Positions 1-13,151 are shown, counted from the first letter of the stretch. The stretch: 64,000 nt of DNA from Fusicatenibacter sp. (GCA_017887445.1 JAGHIA010000009.1:1615-65614), one strand, 5' to 3'. A program made the numbers and translations. The notes: generated by a model not told the origin, from the letters alone.

Positions 1-259
1 GGATCACAATGCCCCGGATCTGCTCCAATGCGATCTGAGGCCGCGACCATTCGTTTGGTGTCAGAAGCTCCACCTGGATCGGCGGCGCACCCTCCCACTG
101 AACGCTCGTGGTATCTGTCTGTATGTCCACAGGCCCGCTCGGTCCGGAGCCGGACAGCTTTCGGATTCCCAGCACAAGACCCAGCACACAAAGCGTCACA
201 ACCCCCGCCGTACCCAGAATCCTCCGGCGGACCTGCGCCCGCCTCCTTTTTCTTGTCAT
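1..259 (-). CDS. Partial CDS (N-terminus only, runs off left edge): membrane-anchored N-acetylmuramoyl-L-alanine amidase-like protein
   Basis: Not in the ORF track. My own minus-strand translation from the ATG at 259-257 gives MTRKRRRAQVRRRILGTAGVVTLCVLGLVLGIRK...VELLTPNEWSRPQIALEQIRGIVI. It has a basic N-terminus and one TM helix, followed by the LTPN-x-SRP...GIVIH type motif that opens Amidase_2 domains. Confidence 0.4.
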   Translation of the reverse strand, partial: MTRKRRRAQVRRRILGTAGVVTLCVLGLVLGIRKLSGSGPSGPVDIQTDTTSVQWEGAPPIQVELLTPNEWSRPQIALEQIRGIVI

Positions 260-423
260 TCGCGAATAACGGTATCTTGTTCTCTTTTGCCGCATGTTAC
301 TATTCCTCCGTACTCTCCGGTATTCCGAACCATTCCGGAAGTCCCTGCAAAATTTCAGTGGAAATATCTTTCTTTTCATTTTGGTCTGTAATAAATTCTA
401 TCATACTATCACTCACAATTCCA

Positions 424-472
424 CAAAAAAAGGTACCCGCAAAGCATTGCCTCACACAATGCTGCGGATACC
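424..472 (-). terminator. Rho-independent terminator downstream of guaB
   Basis: The minus strand reads GGTATCCGCAGCATTG-gtgtgagg-CAATGCTTTGCGGGTACC followed by TTTTTTTTGTGG. Confidence 0.6.
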
Positions 473-562
473 GTTTTATTCACGCACATTTAACGCTGTG
501 CAACCCATTCAGCTGACTGAATCGTTGCAACACTGTATAACGTTGTGCGGAAACTATTCCTG

Positions 563-2038
<1,476 letters not shown>

Positions 2039-2183
2039 TCATTCGTCATTGTATGCAACCGTTCCGCAGACCCGCTCTTCGCGGCACAGACCACCGGAAA
2101 CATTTTCTCCGGCCAGACCTGCTGCCTTTGCCGAACGATCGCGTTTATGGTTCTAATCAGTTTACCAGACGCCGTGGAAACTG

Positions 2184-2693
2184 TCAATCATAAAATACTT
2201 TTCTGGGCATCTTGCTGCGGATATCTTTCAGCATCACTTCATTGGGTTCAAAGATCACCAGTTCCATCTGGTTTTTGTTGGAGATCACAAAACCGTACGG
2301 CTTGTGTCCCTCACCGCTGATGCCGGAAGAGAAGTCCACCTTTTTCAGACTGCGATTGTTTTTATAGGAATCCAGACGGTGGGAATTCCACGGAGCCATG
2401 ATTTCCATGGAAGAAAGATCGTAGCTGGCCGCCCGTTTTCTCCTGGATTTGGAGAAGATCCGGTCCACATCCAGTTCTCCGTTGACGTACAGATACTCAA
2501 ACTCCACATTCAGCCGCGGAAGAAAAATGTAATCCACAATGCCGAGAATGATCGCGCCGATCAGCAGAAAAGGAATCAGCACCAGACCTGCCAGCGCAAA
2601 CAGTACCGTAAAAGTGATCAGCACGCCTTTGATCAGCTGGTCCTTTCCTGAAGGCTTTTTGGCCACCATAACTTCTGTGTACAGATCGCTCAT
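2184..2693 (-). CDS. Uncharacterised small membrane protein
   Basis: 169-aa ORF with a long hydrophobic stretch (VLITFTVLFALAGLVLIPFLLIGAIILGIVDYIF). Its ATG lies 2 nt after the stop of the upstream gene. No family recognised. Confidence 0.55.
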   Translation of the reverse strand: MSDLYTEVMVAKKPSGKDQLIKGVLITFTVLFALAGLVLIPFLLIGAIILGIVDYIFLPRLNVEFEYLYVNGELDVDRIFSKSRRKRAASYDLSSMEIMAPWNSHRLDSYKNNRSLKKVDFSSGISGEGHKPYGFVISNKNQMELVIFEPNEVMLKDIRSKMPRKVFYD

Positions 2694-2695
2694 GT

Positions 2696-3364
2696 TCAGT
2701 TGTCCTCCTCAAGGTAATTAATAAATGCTTTTGTTGTATCCAGATTCTGTGCATTCGCCAGGACTGCCAGATATACCGGTTCGTAAGAAGTAAGGCTCAT
2801 CTCCTGATACCGCGCCGAGTCTGTGATCTCTATGGCGGTGTCCCCCTTGGAGATATTATATTTCTGACATTCTTCCTCTGAGAAGAGCTCCGTCAGATCC
2901 ATAAAATATTCCTGCCCCTCGAAATGTTTATGGGCATCCTCGTTGCAGATCATGATGTCCATTCCCTGGGCGGCCGTCACAGCCGCGAATTTCATGATCG
3001 TGTTGTAGTCGCCGTTTTCCGCAATATTGTAACCGAAAGAATAGCTTGTGTCGATGCCGACCCTCTGATATTTGTCCTCCGGATTTCCCAACACCTGTTT
3101 CAGTTCCTCCTGCACCGGCTCCACCGAATCAAAATTGCTGGAATTTGCCACTCCGATGCTCAGGATATCGTAATACTTTGAATTCTCTATCTGGTTTCTG
3201 ATGATAAAGATCAGTGCGATCACTCCAATGATACCGAAGATCAATGGTTTGTAATAGGTCCAGATATACCCCAGTTTTTCTGTAATGGTCATTTCCGAGA
3301 GTTTTTCCCGTTCCAGTTCCATCTTCTCTTTTCGTGTTCTGTCCGACTCATAACGTTTTGCCAT
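2696..3364 (-). CDS. Uncharacterised single-pass membrane protein
   Basis: The ORF-track call (2696..3517) runs through a repeat element, so I trimmed it to the ATG at 3364 (MAKRYESDRTRKEK...). One TM helix (LIFGIIGVIALIFII) followed by an extracytoplasmic domain. Confidence 0.55.
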   Translation of the reverse strand: MAKRYESDRTRKEKMELEREKLSEMTITEKLGYIWTYYKPLIFGIIGVIALIFIIRNQIENSKYYDILSIGVANSSNFDSVEPVQEELKQVLGNPEDKYQRVGIDTSYSFGYNIAENGDYNTIMKFAAVTAAQGMDIMICNEDAHKHFEGQEYFMDLTELFSEEECQKYNISKGDTAIEITDSARYQEMSLTSYEPVYLAVLANAQNLDTTKAFINYLEEDN

Positions 3365-3436
3365 CTGTCTCTTTCTCCTTCGCTGGTAAATCCCCGTAAC
3401 AGTCCAGCCTGCCCTTATCCCGCGAGATGTCTTCGC

Positions 3437-3499
3437 GATTTTGGGGCAAATTCCCCGCAAAGTAGGGCGTGCAGATTGCAGGAATGAATTTTCAAACAC
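3437..3499. repeat. Family-A repeat arm (GGGGCAAATTCCCC...GCAGGAATGAATTTTCAAACAC)
   Basis: Near-identical to the right arm of the full element at 32621-32688. Confidence 0.8.
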
Positions 3500-3583
3500 A
3501 CGCCAGATCTGCGGCACGAAACTGCTTGAAATGCAGTTTCAACTGTTACCAATCCCCCCCGGTCGTGCCCTCAATTATATCAC

Positions 3584-3614
3584 AAAAAAGGGCCATCGTC
3601 TACCACGATAGCCC
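3584..3614 (-). terminator. Rho-independent terminator downstream of groEL
   Basis: The minus strand reads GGGCTATCGT-ggtag-ACGATGGCCC followed by TTTTTTGTG. Confidence 0.7.
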
Positions 3615-3694
3615 TTTAAATTCACCGCCGGATATCCACCGGAGCAACGGCTCAGCCAGCGGAATCGTTACTCACCGGATTCCGGCTTGGAATC

Positions 3695-5335
<1,641 letters not shown>

Positions 5336-5387
5336 TTATTAGATTTGATAGGTTTCGGTAACCGTTTTGTCTGCGGCTGTTCTGTCT

Positions 5388-5672
5388 TTATTTTACGATT
5401 GCCAGAATGTCGCTCTGTTTTACGATGATGTATTCCTCATCCTCCAGTTTTACGTCTGTTCCGGAATATTTGGAGTAGATCACCTGATCTCCTACGGAAA
5501 CCTCCATCTTTACTTCCTTGCCGTCTTCAACGGTTCCCGGTCCCACGGCTACTACCTCTGCCTGCTGGGGTTTTTCCTGTGCCTGACCCGGAAGAACGAT
5601 ACCGGATTTGGTGGTCTCTTCTGCTTTCAGCTCTTTCAATACAACTCTGTCACCTAAGGGTACTAACTTCAT
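5388..5672 (-). CDS. groS: Co-chaperonin GroES
   Basis: 94 aa, MKLVPLGDRVVLK..., immediately upstream of groEL. Confidence 0.97.
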   Translation of the reverse strand: MKLVPLGDRVVLKELKAEETTKSGIVLPGQAQEKPQQAEVVAVGPGTVEDGKEVKMEVSVGDQVIYSKYSGTDVKLEDEEYIIVKQSDILAIVK

Positions 5673-5708
5673 GATCTATTGCCTCCTTTAAGCTTTCCTT
5701 TTGTGTTA

Positions 5709-5735
5709 TTAGCACTCATTACAGTTGAGTGCTAC
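5709..5735 (-). promoter_or_regulatory. CIRCE operator (HrcA binding site)
   Basis: TTAGCACTC-N9-GAGTGCTAc, one mismatch to the consensus TTAGCACTC-N9-GAGTGCTAA, located between the promoter and groES. Confidence 0.85.
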
Positions 5736-5747
5736 TTGATGGTTCTT

Positions 5748-5776
5748 ATCATAGTGTTTCCGGCGTCATTTCGCAA
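5748..5776 (-). promoter_or_regulatory. SigmaA-type promoter of groES-groEL
   Basis: The minus strand carries TTGCGA, 17 nt, then TATGAT, directly upstream of the CIRCE site. Confidence 0.6.
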
Positions 5777-6035
5777 CTTGATGTTTTTTTGCCATATCTC
5801 TTTTATTATGGTTTTTGCTCTTGTTTACTCTTATTTTCTTCCATTTTCACACTTTTCTTATTTTTTGAGATTTAATAATCTGTTTATATTTCCACAGAAA
5901 AACAGCTTCCGCAAAAAAACATCGCCGGATGCAGCCGGTGGAACGCTAATCATTCTTCCTTTGCACCGTAATCTTCTTTTGCGGAAGCTGTCTGTGTGTG
6001 GCAGTTCAGCTACGCTGAACTGTTACGAACTGTTA

Positions 6036-6857
6036 CTATGCTTCTTCTGCGGGAGCCTGTCCTTCTCCCTTGTTTTTCAGGTTCTTTCTCGCCTTGATCT
6101 CATCCAGCTCATCGAAAATGTAGTCATTGAGAACCTTAATGTAGGTACCCTTCATTCCGCTGGAACGGGATTCGATCACGCCGGCGCTCTCAAACTTGCG
6201 CAGCGCGTTGACAATCACAGAGCGGGTGATTCCCACACGGTCGGCAATCTTGCTGGCGACCAGGATTCCCTCGTCTCCGTCCAGTTCGTCAAAGATATGG
6301 GTGATCGCCTCCAGTTCCGAGAAGGACAGCGTATTGAACGCCGACTTCACAACCTGCACCTTGCGGTTCTCCTCCACATTTTCTTCGTTGACAGAACGCA
6401 TCATCTCAAGGCCAACCACCGTTGTGCCGTACTCGCTGACAATGATATCGTCGATATCATACTGGGGGTCTACGCGGTACATGAAAACTGTGCCGAGACG
6501 CTCCCCTGCAATGTCAATGGGGCAGATGATAGCCTTGTATCTGGAAACGCCCGGATGTTCAAATCCCAGAGTCTCCAGATTTACGTTTTCCTTGGTGGAC
6601 AGAACGCTGAGCAGCCGGTCGTTGAGCAGACCGTCCACATATCCTCCCACCTTGTCGTCGATCAGCTCTGTAATCTCCTCGACTCCCGGACACAGGCTGA
6701 TGCCAAGTACCTTTCCTTTTTTGCTGATCACCAGAATGTTGGAATCCAGGGTTTCCATCATTACCTCACAGATGTCGTTGAATACAACCTTGGTTGAATG
6801 ATTATTATGAAGTAACTTATTGATCTTTCTGGTTTTATCAAGTAATTGTACGCCCAT
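6036..6857 (-). CDS. codY: GTP/BCAA-sensing global regulator CodY
   Basis: Start trimmed to MGVQLLDKTRKINKLL, preceded by AAAGGAGAAT. The C-terminal wHTH is ASKIADRVGITRSVIVNALRKFESAGVIESRS. Confidence 0.93.
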   Translation of the reverse strand: MGVQLLDKTRKINKLLHNNHSTKVVFNDICEVMMETLDSNILVISKKGKVLGISLCPGVEEITELIDDKVGGYVDGLLNDRLLSVLSTKENVNLETLGFEHPGVSRYKAIICPIDIAGERLGTVFMYRVDPQYDIDDIIVSEYGTTVVGLEMMRSVNEENVEENRKVQVVKSAFNTLSFSELEAITHIFDELDGDEGILVASKIADRVGITRSVIVNALRKFESAGVIESRSSGMKGTYIKVLNDYIFDELDEIKARKNLKNKGEGQAPAEEA

Positions 6858-7096
6858 CGAATTCTCCTTTCTTATTATTTCCATTCTTCCTGTGTTAATT
6901 TCATTCTATCACGGAATTTTTCGAAAATCAACGTATTTTTCAGACAAATGGAAGTATTACGAAAAAAAATTTTCCAGGCGCACGTTTCCGTGGACATTCT
7001 ATTACGATTCACAACAGCCGCTATGCACAATAGCTGCTATTCACAGCAGCCGCAGATACTGGCTGTCTGCGGCGTAAACAACAGGAAACAGTAACG

Positions 7097-9208
7097 TTAT
7101 TCCCCGTCTTCTTTTTTCCGGGTCTCCACATATCCGCAGTGTTCGTCGGCACAGACCAGCTTATTTCCCTTTTCCAGCATATAGCCGCCGCACACCGGAC
7201 ATTTTTTCGCCGACGGTTTCTGCCAGGACATAAAGTCACAGTTGGGGTTATCCTCGCAGCCATAGTATTTCCGGCCCTTTTTGGTCTTTTTGAGAATCAC
7301 TTCTTTTCCACATTTCGGACAGGGAACGCCGATCTTTTCCAGATACGGCTTGGTGTTCTTGCAGTCGGGGAATCCGGGGCAGGCCAGGAACTTTCCATGG
7401 GGACCGTATTTTACCACCATATTGCGGCCGCAGTTTTCGCAGATCACGTCTGTGACCTCGTCCTCGACCTTAACTTCCTCCAGTTCCTTCTCCGCCTGCT
7501 GTACTGCTTCCTCCAGATCCGGCCAGAAATTCTCTACCACCGTTTTCCAGCGGATGGTACCGTCTCCGACCTTGTCCAGCAGCGCCTCCATGTTGGCAGT
7601 GAAATTCACGTCCACAATACTTGGAAAGGCCTGCTTCATCATATTGTTGACCACCTCGCCAAGCTCCGTCATGTACAGGTTCTTGTTTTCCTTGGCCACA
7701 TAACGGCGGCTGATGATGGTGGTGATCGTCGGGGCGTACGTGCTGGGACGTCCGATGCCCAGCTCCTCCAGAGTTTTCACCAGCGACGCCTCGGTATAGT
7801 GGGCCGGCGGCTGTGTGAAATGCTGCTGTTTGTCAAACTCATCCAGCGTCAGCGGCGTGTCCGTGTCGATGCCGCGGACCACCGTGTTATTTTCTTTTTT
7901 CTCGTCCTCCTCCTGGGTGTAAACAGACATAAAACCTTCGAACTTCACACGGGAGGACGCCGCCGTAAACAGATAGCCGTTTCCGGTGATCTTGGCCGAC
8001 GTGGTCTCGTAGAGCGCCGGTTTCATACGGCTGGCCACAAACCGCTTCCAGATCAGCTGATACAGGCGGAACTGATCCCTGGAGAGGGATTCCTTCACCA
8101 GCACCGGTGTGCGGGTCACGTCGGTGGGACGGATCGCCTCGTGGGCATCCTGGGCCATTTTATTCTGGTTGCCGTTGCCGTTTTCTCCCAAAGCCGCAAA
8201 TCCCGGACCGTACTGCTCGCTGATATAGGCTCTTGCGGCTGCGTCCGCTTCGTCGGAGATCCGGGTAGAATCCGTACGCAGATAAGAAATCAGACCAACG
8301 GTCCCGCTGCCTTTGACATCCACGCCCTCATACAGCTGCTGGGCCAGACGCATGGTTTTCTGGGTGGAAAAGTTCAGCACCTTGGACGCTTCCTGCTGCA
8401 GGGTACTGGTGGTAAACGGAAGCGGCGCTTTTTTGCTCCGCTCGCCTTTTTTCACCTCTGTGACGGCAAACGTTGCCCCTTCCAGATCCTGCAGGATCTG
8501 CTCCATTTCCTCTTTGGAGGAAATCGTGTATTTTTCTCCTTCTTTTCCGTAGAACTTGGCCACCAGCGGCTTCCTCTCTTTGGGAATCGCAAAATGCGCG
8601 TCCAGTGTCCAGTATTCTCTGGGGATAAACGCGTTGATCTCCTCTTCCCGGTCCGCGATGATACGCAGAGCCACCGACTGTACACGGCCGGCGCTGAGTC
8701 CCCGCTTGATCTTTTTCCACAGTACCGGACTGATCTCGTAGCCAACCATACGGTCCAGACACCGGCGGGCCTGCTGCTCGTCCACCAGATCCATATCGAT
8801 TTCTCTGGCCTCTTTAATAGAAGCTTTGATCGCGGTCTTCGTAATCTCGTTGAAGGTGATCCTGCGCATTTTGCTCTCGTCCAGGTTCAGAGCCTTGGAC
8901 AGATGCCAGGAGATTGCCTCCCCCTCCCGGTCCGGGTCAGTCGCAAGATAGACTTTTTCCGCCTTCTTCGCCGATTTTCTAAGAGACGCGAGAAGTTCTC
9001 CCTTTCCGCGGATCGTAATGTATTTCGGTTCAAAATCGTGTTCCACATCGATGCCAAGACGGCTCTTTGGAAGGTCACGGACATGTCCCATGGACGCGGC
9101 CACCTCATAATTTGAGCCGAGAAATTTCTTGACTGTCTTCACTTTTGCGGGTGATTCCACGATTACAAGATATTTCGCCACCTTATTGCCTCCTACTGAT
9201 TTAACCAA
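7097..9208 (-). CDS. topA: DNA topoisomerase I
   Basis: 703 aa. TOPRIM LVIVESPAK, active-site region ISYLRTDSTRIS, and C-terminal CxxC zinc ribbons. Confidence 0.95.
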   Translation of the reverse strand: MVKSVGGNKVAKYLVIVESPAKVKTVKKFLGSNYEVAASMGHVRDLPKSRLGIDVEHDFEPKYITIRGKGELLASLRKSAKKAEKVYLATDPDREGEAISWHLSKALNLDESKMRRITFNEITKTAIKASIKEAREIDMDLVDEQQARRCLDRMVGYEISPVLWKKIKRGLSAGRVQSVALRIIADREEEINAFIPREYWTLDAHFAIPKERKPLVAKFYGKEGEKYTISSKEEMEQILQDLEGATFAVTEVKKGERSKKAPLPFTTSTLQQEASKVLNFSTQKTMRLAQQLYEGVDVKGSGTVGLISYLRTDSTRISDEADAAARAYISEQYGPGFAALGENGNGNQNKMAQDAHEAIRPTDVTRTPVLVKESLSRDQFRLYQLIWKRFVASRMKPALYETTSAKITGNGYLFTAASSRVKFEGFMSVYTQEEDEKKENNTVVRGIDTDTPLTLDEFDKQQHFTQPPAHYTEASLVKTLEELGIGRPSTYAPTITTIISRRYVAKENKNLYMTELGEVVNNMMKQAFPSIVDVNFTANMEALLDKVGDGTIRWKTVVENFWPDLEEAVQQAEKELEEVKVEDEVTDVICENCGRNMVVKYGPHGKFLACPGFPDCKNTKPYLEKIGVPCPKCGKEVILKKTKKGRKYYGCEDNPNCDFMSWQKPSAKKCPVCGGYMLEKGNKLVCADEHCGYVETRKKEDGE

Positions 9209-9353
9209 ATTTAGCTAAATATACACCAAAAAGTTTTTTCTTGCAAGTCCCTTTTCTTCTGAATCGTGCCCGAAAATTGCTTTCTGCAGGATTCTGCGTT
9301 CTCATACGGTCTGTTCCGTACATGCACAGACCTGGCTAAACGGCTGCCACATT

Positions 9354-10286
9354 CTACCTTTCCCGGAGATAATAGGCGTTTTTTCCTTCCTCACAGAGCA
9401 GTCCCTCCAGCTGAAGTCCCACCAGCAGCGCGGTAAGCTCAGGAACCGGAACCCCGGAAACCCGATGGAGCTCCTCCAGCGTATGACTTCCGCCGCGAAG
9501 CGCCTGAAGAATGTGCTGCTCCCTGGGCGTAAGCTTCCTGCCTGTCCCGGGAACCATCCCCATAAATTCCTTTGCTCCGTCTTTTTCCTGGCACGCTTCC
9601 CTGTCCGCCGCCTGGGAAAGCCTCCACTTTCCCGAAGCGCTCAGTTCTTCCAGCAGGGCCGACGGATGTACCGCGATGCCCGCGCCCTGCGCGATCAGGC
9701 CGTTGCTCCCCTCGCTCAGCGGGTCGTTCACTCTTCCCGGCAGCGCGTAGACGCTTTTCCCCTGCTCCAACGCATAGTCGGCGGTGATCAGCGCGCCGCT
9801 TTTGTTTCTCGCCTCCACCACCAGAACCAGGTCCGACAGGGCGCTGATGATCCTGTTTCTCTGAGGAAAATGCCAGGCCAAAGGCCGTTCTCCCGGTGAA
9901 AACTCGGAGAGAACACCGCCCTCCTGCTCCAGGATCTTCTCCATCAGCGGATAGTTTTCCCTGGGATAGCAGATGTTTACCCCGCAGCCAAGCACGGCGA
10001 AAGTCGCCCCGCCGCCCTCCAGCGCCCCCTGGTGGGCGGCGGCGTCCACACCGCTGGCCAGGCCGCTGATGATCTGTACACCGGCTGCCGCCAGTTCCCT
10101 GGCAAACCGCCTGGCCTGCTCTCTCCCATAGGCGCTGCAGGCGCGGCCGCCGACAATGGCCGCCGACGGCAGCTCTTCTTTTGGCAGCCTGCCCTTCACA
10201 TAAATCCCCTGCGGCATACCGGAAAATGGTTTCATCCGTTCCGGATAACCGCTGTCCCCTCTGTCATAATATACAATCCTGTCCAT
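9354..10286 (-). CDS. dprA: DNA-processing protein DprA
   Basis: Start trimmed to MDRIVYYDRGDSGYPERMK. The Rossmann-like core carries GLASGVDAAAHQGAL. The start lies 4 nt after the comM stop. Confidence 0.85.
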   Translation of the reverse strand: MDRIVYYDRGDSGYPERMKPFSGMPQGIYVKGRLPKEELPSAAIVGGRACSAYGREQARRFARELAAAGVQIISGLASGVDAAAHQGALEGGGATFAVLGCGVNICYPRENYPLMEKILEQEGGVLSEFSPGERPLAWHFPQRNRIISALSDLVLVVEARNKSGALITADYALEQGKSVYALPGRVNDPLSEGSNGLIAQGAGIAVHPSALLEELSASGKWRLSQAADREACQEKDGAKEFMGMVPGTGRKLTPREQHILQALRGGSHTLEELHRVSGVPVPELTALLVGLQLEGLLCEEGKNAYYLRER

Positions 10287-10290
10287 GTAA

Positions 10291-11853
10291 TTATACCCTC
10301 CAGATTTTTTTGTCCATGCTCCGGAAACACAGAGCCTCCCCCACCTGTGCCGTTCCGATTGTTCCGCTGCCTTCCATATCCGCAATGGTCCGCGCCACCT
10401 TCAGCACCCGGTGGAAACCCCGGGCGCTCAATCCCAGGGAATCGTAGGCTTTCTCCATCATCCGCGATGCCTCGGGTGTCAGCGGACAGAATTTTTCTAT
10501 CTGCGCCGCCGTCAGCTCGCTGTTAAACCTCTGCCGGCTCCCCGAGTACCGCTCCTGCTGCGCCTCCCTGGCGCAGGCGACGATCCGGCGCATCTGCGCG
10601 GAGGTCATACCCTCCCGCCGTTTGGCATTTCCCTGAGACATCAACGTTTCACAACTGACCGCCGGGACCTCTGTACACAGATCCATACGGTCCAGAAACG
10701 CCTGACTGATCTTCCCAAGATACCTGGAGATCTCTCCGTCTGTACACCGGCAGCGCGTCCTGTCCGGGTAATACCCGCAGGGACAGGGGTTCATGGCCGC
10801 CACCAGAACAAATGCCGCCGGGAACAGATAGGTTCCCTCCTGACGGGATATGAGGATCTGGTGTTCCTCCAGCGGCTGGCGCAGAAGTTCCAGCACTTTG
10901 CGGGACATTTCCGGCAGCTCATCCAGAAAAAGTACGCCCCGGTGTGCCAGGGTGATTTCTCCCGGCGACGGGAACCGGCCGCCGCCCACCAGCGCATGGG
11001 CCGTGATACTATGATGCGGCGCGCGAAACGGCCGTTTTTGGATCAGCGGCTGGCCTGACGGCAGTAAGCCTGCGATGCTGTAAAGTCTTGTCACCTCCAG
11101 CTGTTCCTCCCTGGTCATGGGCGGCAGAATCGTGGGAATCCTGCGGGCCGCCATGGATTTTCCGCTGCCCGGAGGACCCAGAAACAGCAGGTTATGAAAG
11201 CCGCAGGCGGAGATCAGCGCGGCGCGTTTGACTCCCTCCTGACCGAGGATATCGTCAAAATCTTCTTCCTGGGCCGGAAACTCCTCCCCGGGGCAGACTG
11301 CTTCCTGCTCATCTTGCGGCCCGGGAATTTCCTGCGCCGGTTTTTCACCGCAGCAGTATGCGAGAAGCTCTTTCAGGCTGGAGATTCCCCAGGTTTCCTC
11401 CATCCTGGCCTGCTTTCCCTCGGCCAGATTGGCTCTTGGGAGGATGCAGGCCTTCATTCCTGTTTCCCGCGCCTTCAGCACAGACGACAGCACGCCGTTG
11501 ACGGCCTGTACGTCGCCGTTGAGCCCCAGCTCCCCGATCATCATTGTCTCCTCCAGGCTTTTCGGAGGAATCCTTCCGATTGCCAGCAGTACGGCCGCCG
11601 CGATGGGAAGATCAAACCGGGGGCCGTCTTTGCGTATATCGGCAGGCGCCAGGTTGATCACAATGCGCTTGGGCGGCAGAACGATCCCCATATTCCGCAG
11701 CGCCGTGCGCACCCGGTCCTGCGCCTCCCTGACCTGTGCGCTCACATAACCGACAATCGTAAACATTGGCATTCCGTCGCTGACGTCCGCCTCCACACGG
11801 ACCGGAACTGCCTCCACTCCATGAATGACCATGGACCATATCCGGCAAAACAT
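10291..11853 (-). CDS. comM: Mg-chelatase-like AAA+ protein ComM/YifB
   Basis: 520 aa. Walker A LGPPGSGKSMAARR and Walker B VLFLDELPE. Confidence 0.9.
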   Translation of the reverse strand: MFCRIWSMVIHGVEAVPVRVEADVSDGMPMFTIVGYVSAQVREAQDRVRTALRNMGIVLPPKRIVINLAPADIRKDGPRFDLPIAAAVLLAIGRIPPKSLEETMMIGELGLNGDVQAVNGVLSSVLKARETGMKACILPRANLAEGKQARMEETWGISSLKELLAYCCGEKPAQEIPGPQDEQEAVCPGEEFPAQEEDFDDILGQEGVKRAALISACGFHNLLFLGPPGSGKSMAARRIPTILPPMTREEQLEVTRLYSIAGLLPSGQPLIQKRPFRAPHHSITAHALVGGGRFPSPGEITLAHRGVLFLDELPEMSRKVLELLRQPLEEHQILISRQEGTYLFPAAFVLVAAMNPCPCGYYPDRTRCRCTDGEISRYLGKISQAFLDRMDLCTEVPAVSCETLMSQGNAKRREGMTSAQMRRIVACAREAQQERYSGSRQRFNSELTAAQIEKFCPLTPEASRMMEKAYDSLGLSARGFHRVLKVARTIADMEGSGTIGTAQVGEALCFRSMDKKIWRV

Positions 11854-12166
11854 ACACTTCCCCTTCCTTTTTTCTGCCTGTACCGCGGGAATGGGACTGG
11901 TTTTGCCCGCCGCAGGGTCTCACAGGCATATTTTTTCAGCTGGTAATCTCGATTGCAACGATTCAGCTGGCTGATTCGTTACTCTCAATTTACTGTTTTT
12001 AGGTTGTGATTGAAATTACAATGGAAATTCAGAGCGGGACAGGGAACAGTTGTCATTGTTACATCTGTTCTCGAAACTGCTCTATAAAGATTTCTGATTT
12101 CGAACTGCCCGACAGGGCGAAGCAAGAAACATATCTGAACCCGCATTGTTTCGGATATGTCTGAAC

Positions 12167-12232
12167 GTGTGTTTGAACATTCATTCCACACAAACTGTGA
12201 CGCACATCTTGCAGAAAGCAATTTTCAAACAC
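12167..12232. repeat. Family-A repeat, end-joined short form (hairpin)
   Basis: GTGTTTGAACATTCATTCC...GAAAGCAATTTTCAAACAC. Both termini of the family-A element are present with the interior deleted. Confidence 0.75.
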
Positions 12233-12470
12233 GCTCCAGTATAAAATATCCGGCCGGAAACGTCAATGGTTTCGGGATATTTTTCTGATATTTAAGAATA
12301 TTTATAATTTATTTCAAAATTTTTTAGATTATTTTCTTGAAAATATTGAAAGATTTCTCTGTTTTATTACATAACCATACCCATGATTATGGCAAATTTG
12401 CTGGCACAGCAACCACTTTCCGGGTGTATCACGAAGAATCAGCCGGCACAGTTGCCTGCGCCGGCTGATT

Positions 12471-12530
12471 CCCACGTTAATCCACGTTAATCCACGTTGA
12501 TCCACGTTGATCCACATTTATTCACGCTTA
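12471..12530. repeat. 10-bp tandem repeat, six phased units (TCCACGTTRA)
   Basis: The units read cccacgttaa, tccacgttaa, tccacgttga, tccacgttga, tccacattta, ttcacgctta. The last unit contains the sigK stop codon. Confidence 0.9.
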
Positions 12531-13151
12531 TTCTTCAAAACATTCCCTTAGCTTCTCCACCGCGTTTTTTTCAATCCGGGAGACATAGGAACGGCTGATT
12601 CCCAGCCGGGCGGCAATGCTCCTCTGGGTTCCTGTCTCCTCCCCGAACAGTCCGTAGCGCAGCGTCAGGACCTCTTTTTCCTTCTCATTCAGCGCCGCGT
12701 CAAAATAACGGTAAAGCCGCTGACAATCTTCTTTTTTCGTATAGAAATCGGCGGTATCCTCGCCGCTGCCCTCAATGATATCCAGCAGATGGATCTCGTT
12801 TCCCTCCTTGTCGGTGCCGATCGGCTCGTAGAGGGAAATCTCGCGGGAGGTTTTCTTTTTGGCCCGCAGATACATCAGCAGTTCATTATGGATACATCTG
12901 GCCGCATAGGAAGCCAGACGGTTTCCTTTCTCCTGATCGAAGGTGGTCACAGCCTTGATCAGGCCAATGGTTCCGATGGACAGAAGATCGTCCTGCTCCT
13001 CATGCAGGCCCTGGTATTTTTTTACCACATGGGCCACCAGGCGCAGGTTCCGCTCGATCAGGATATCTTTCGCCTTCTCATCGCCCCTTTTATATGCCTC
13101 CAGGTATGCTTTTTCTTCGGATGTAGTGAGAGGCTTCTGGAATGGTTCCAT
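12528..13151 (-). CDS. sigK: Sporulation sigma factor SigK-like (sigma-70 family)
   Basis: ERNLRLVAHVVKKY, SIGTIGLIKA, YAARCIHNELLMYLRAKKKT, EPIGTDKEGNEI and ISRSYVSRIEK parallel B. subtilis mature SigK. Start chosen at MEPFQKPLT; an ATG 15 nt upstream is also possible. Confidence 0.75.
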   Translation of the reverse strand: MEPFQKPLTTSEEKAYLEAYKRGDEKAKDILIERNLRLVAHVVKKYQGLHEEQDDLLSIGTIGLIKAVTTFDQEKGNRLASYAARCIHNELLMYLRAKKKTSREISLYEPIGTDKEGNEIHLLDIIEGSGEDTADFYTKKEDCQRLYRYFDAALNEKEKEVLTLRYGLFGEETGTQRSIAARLGISRSYVSRIEKNAVEKLRECFEE

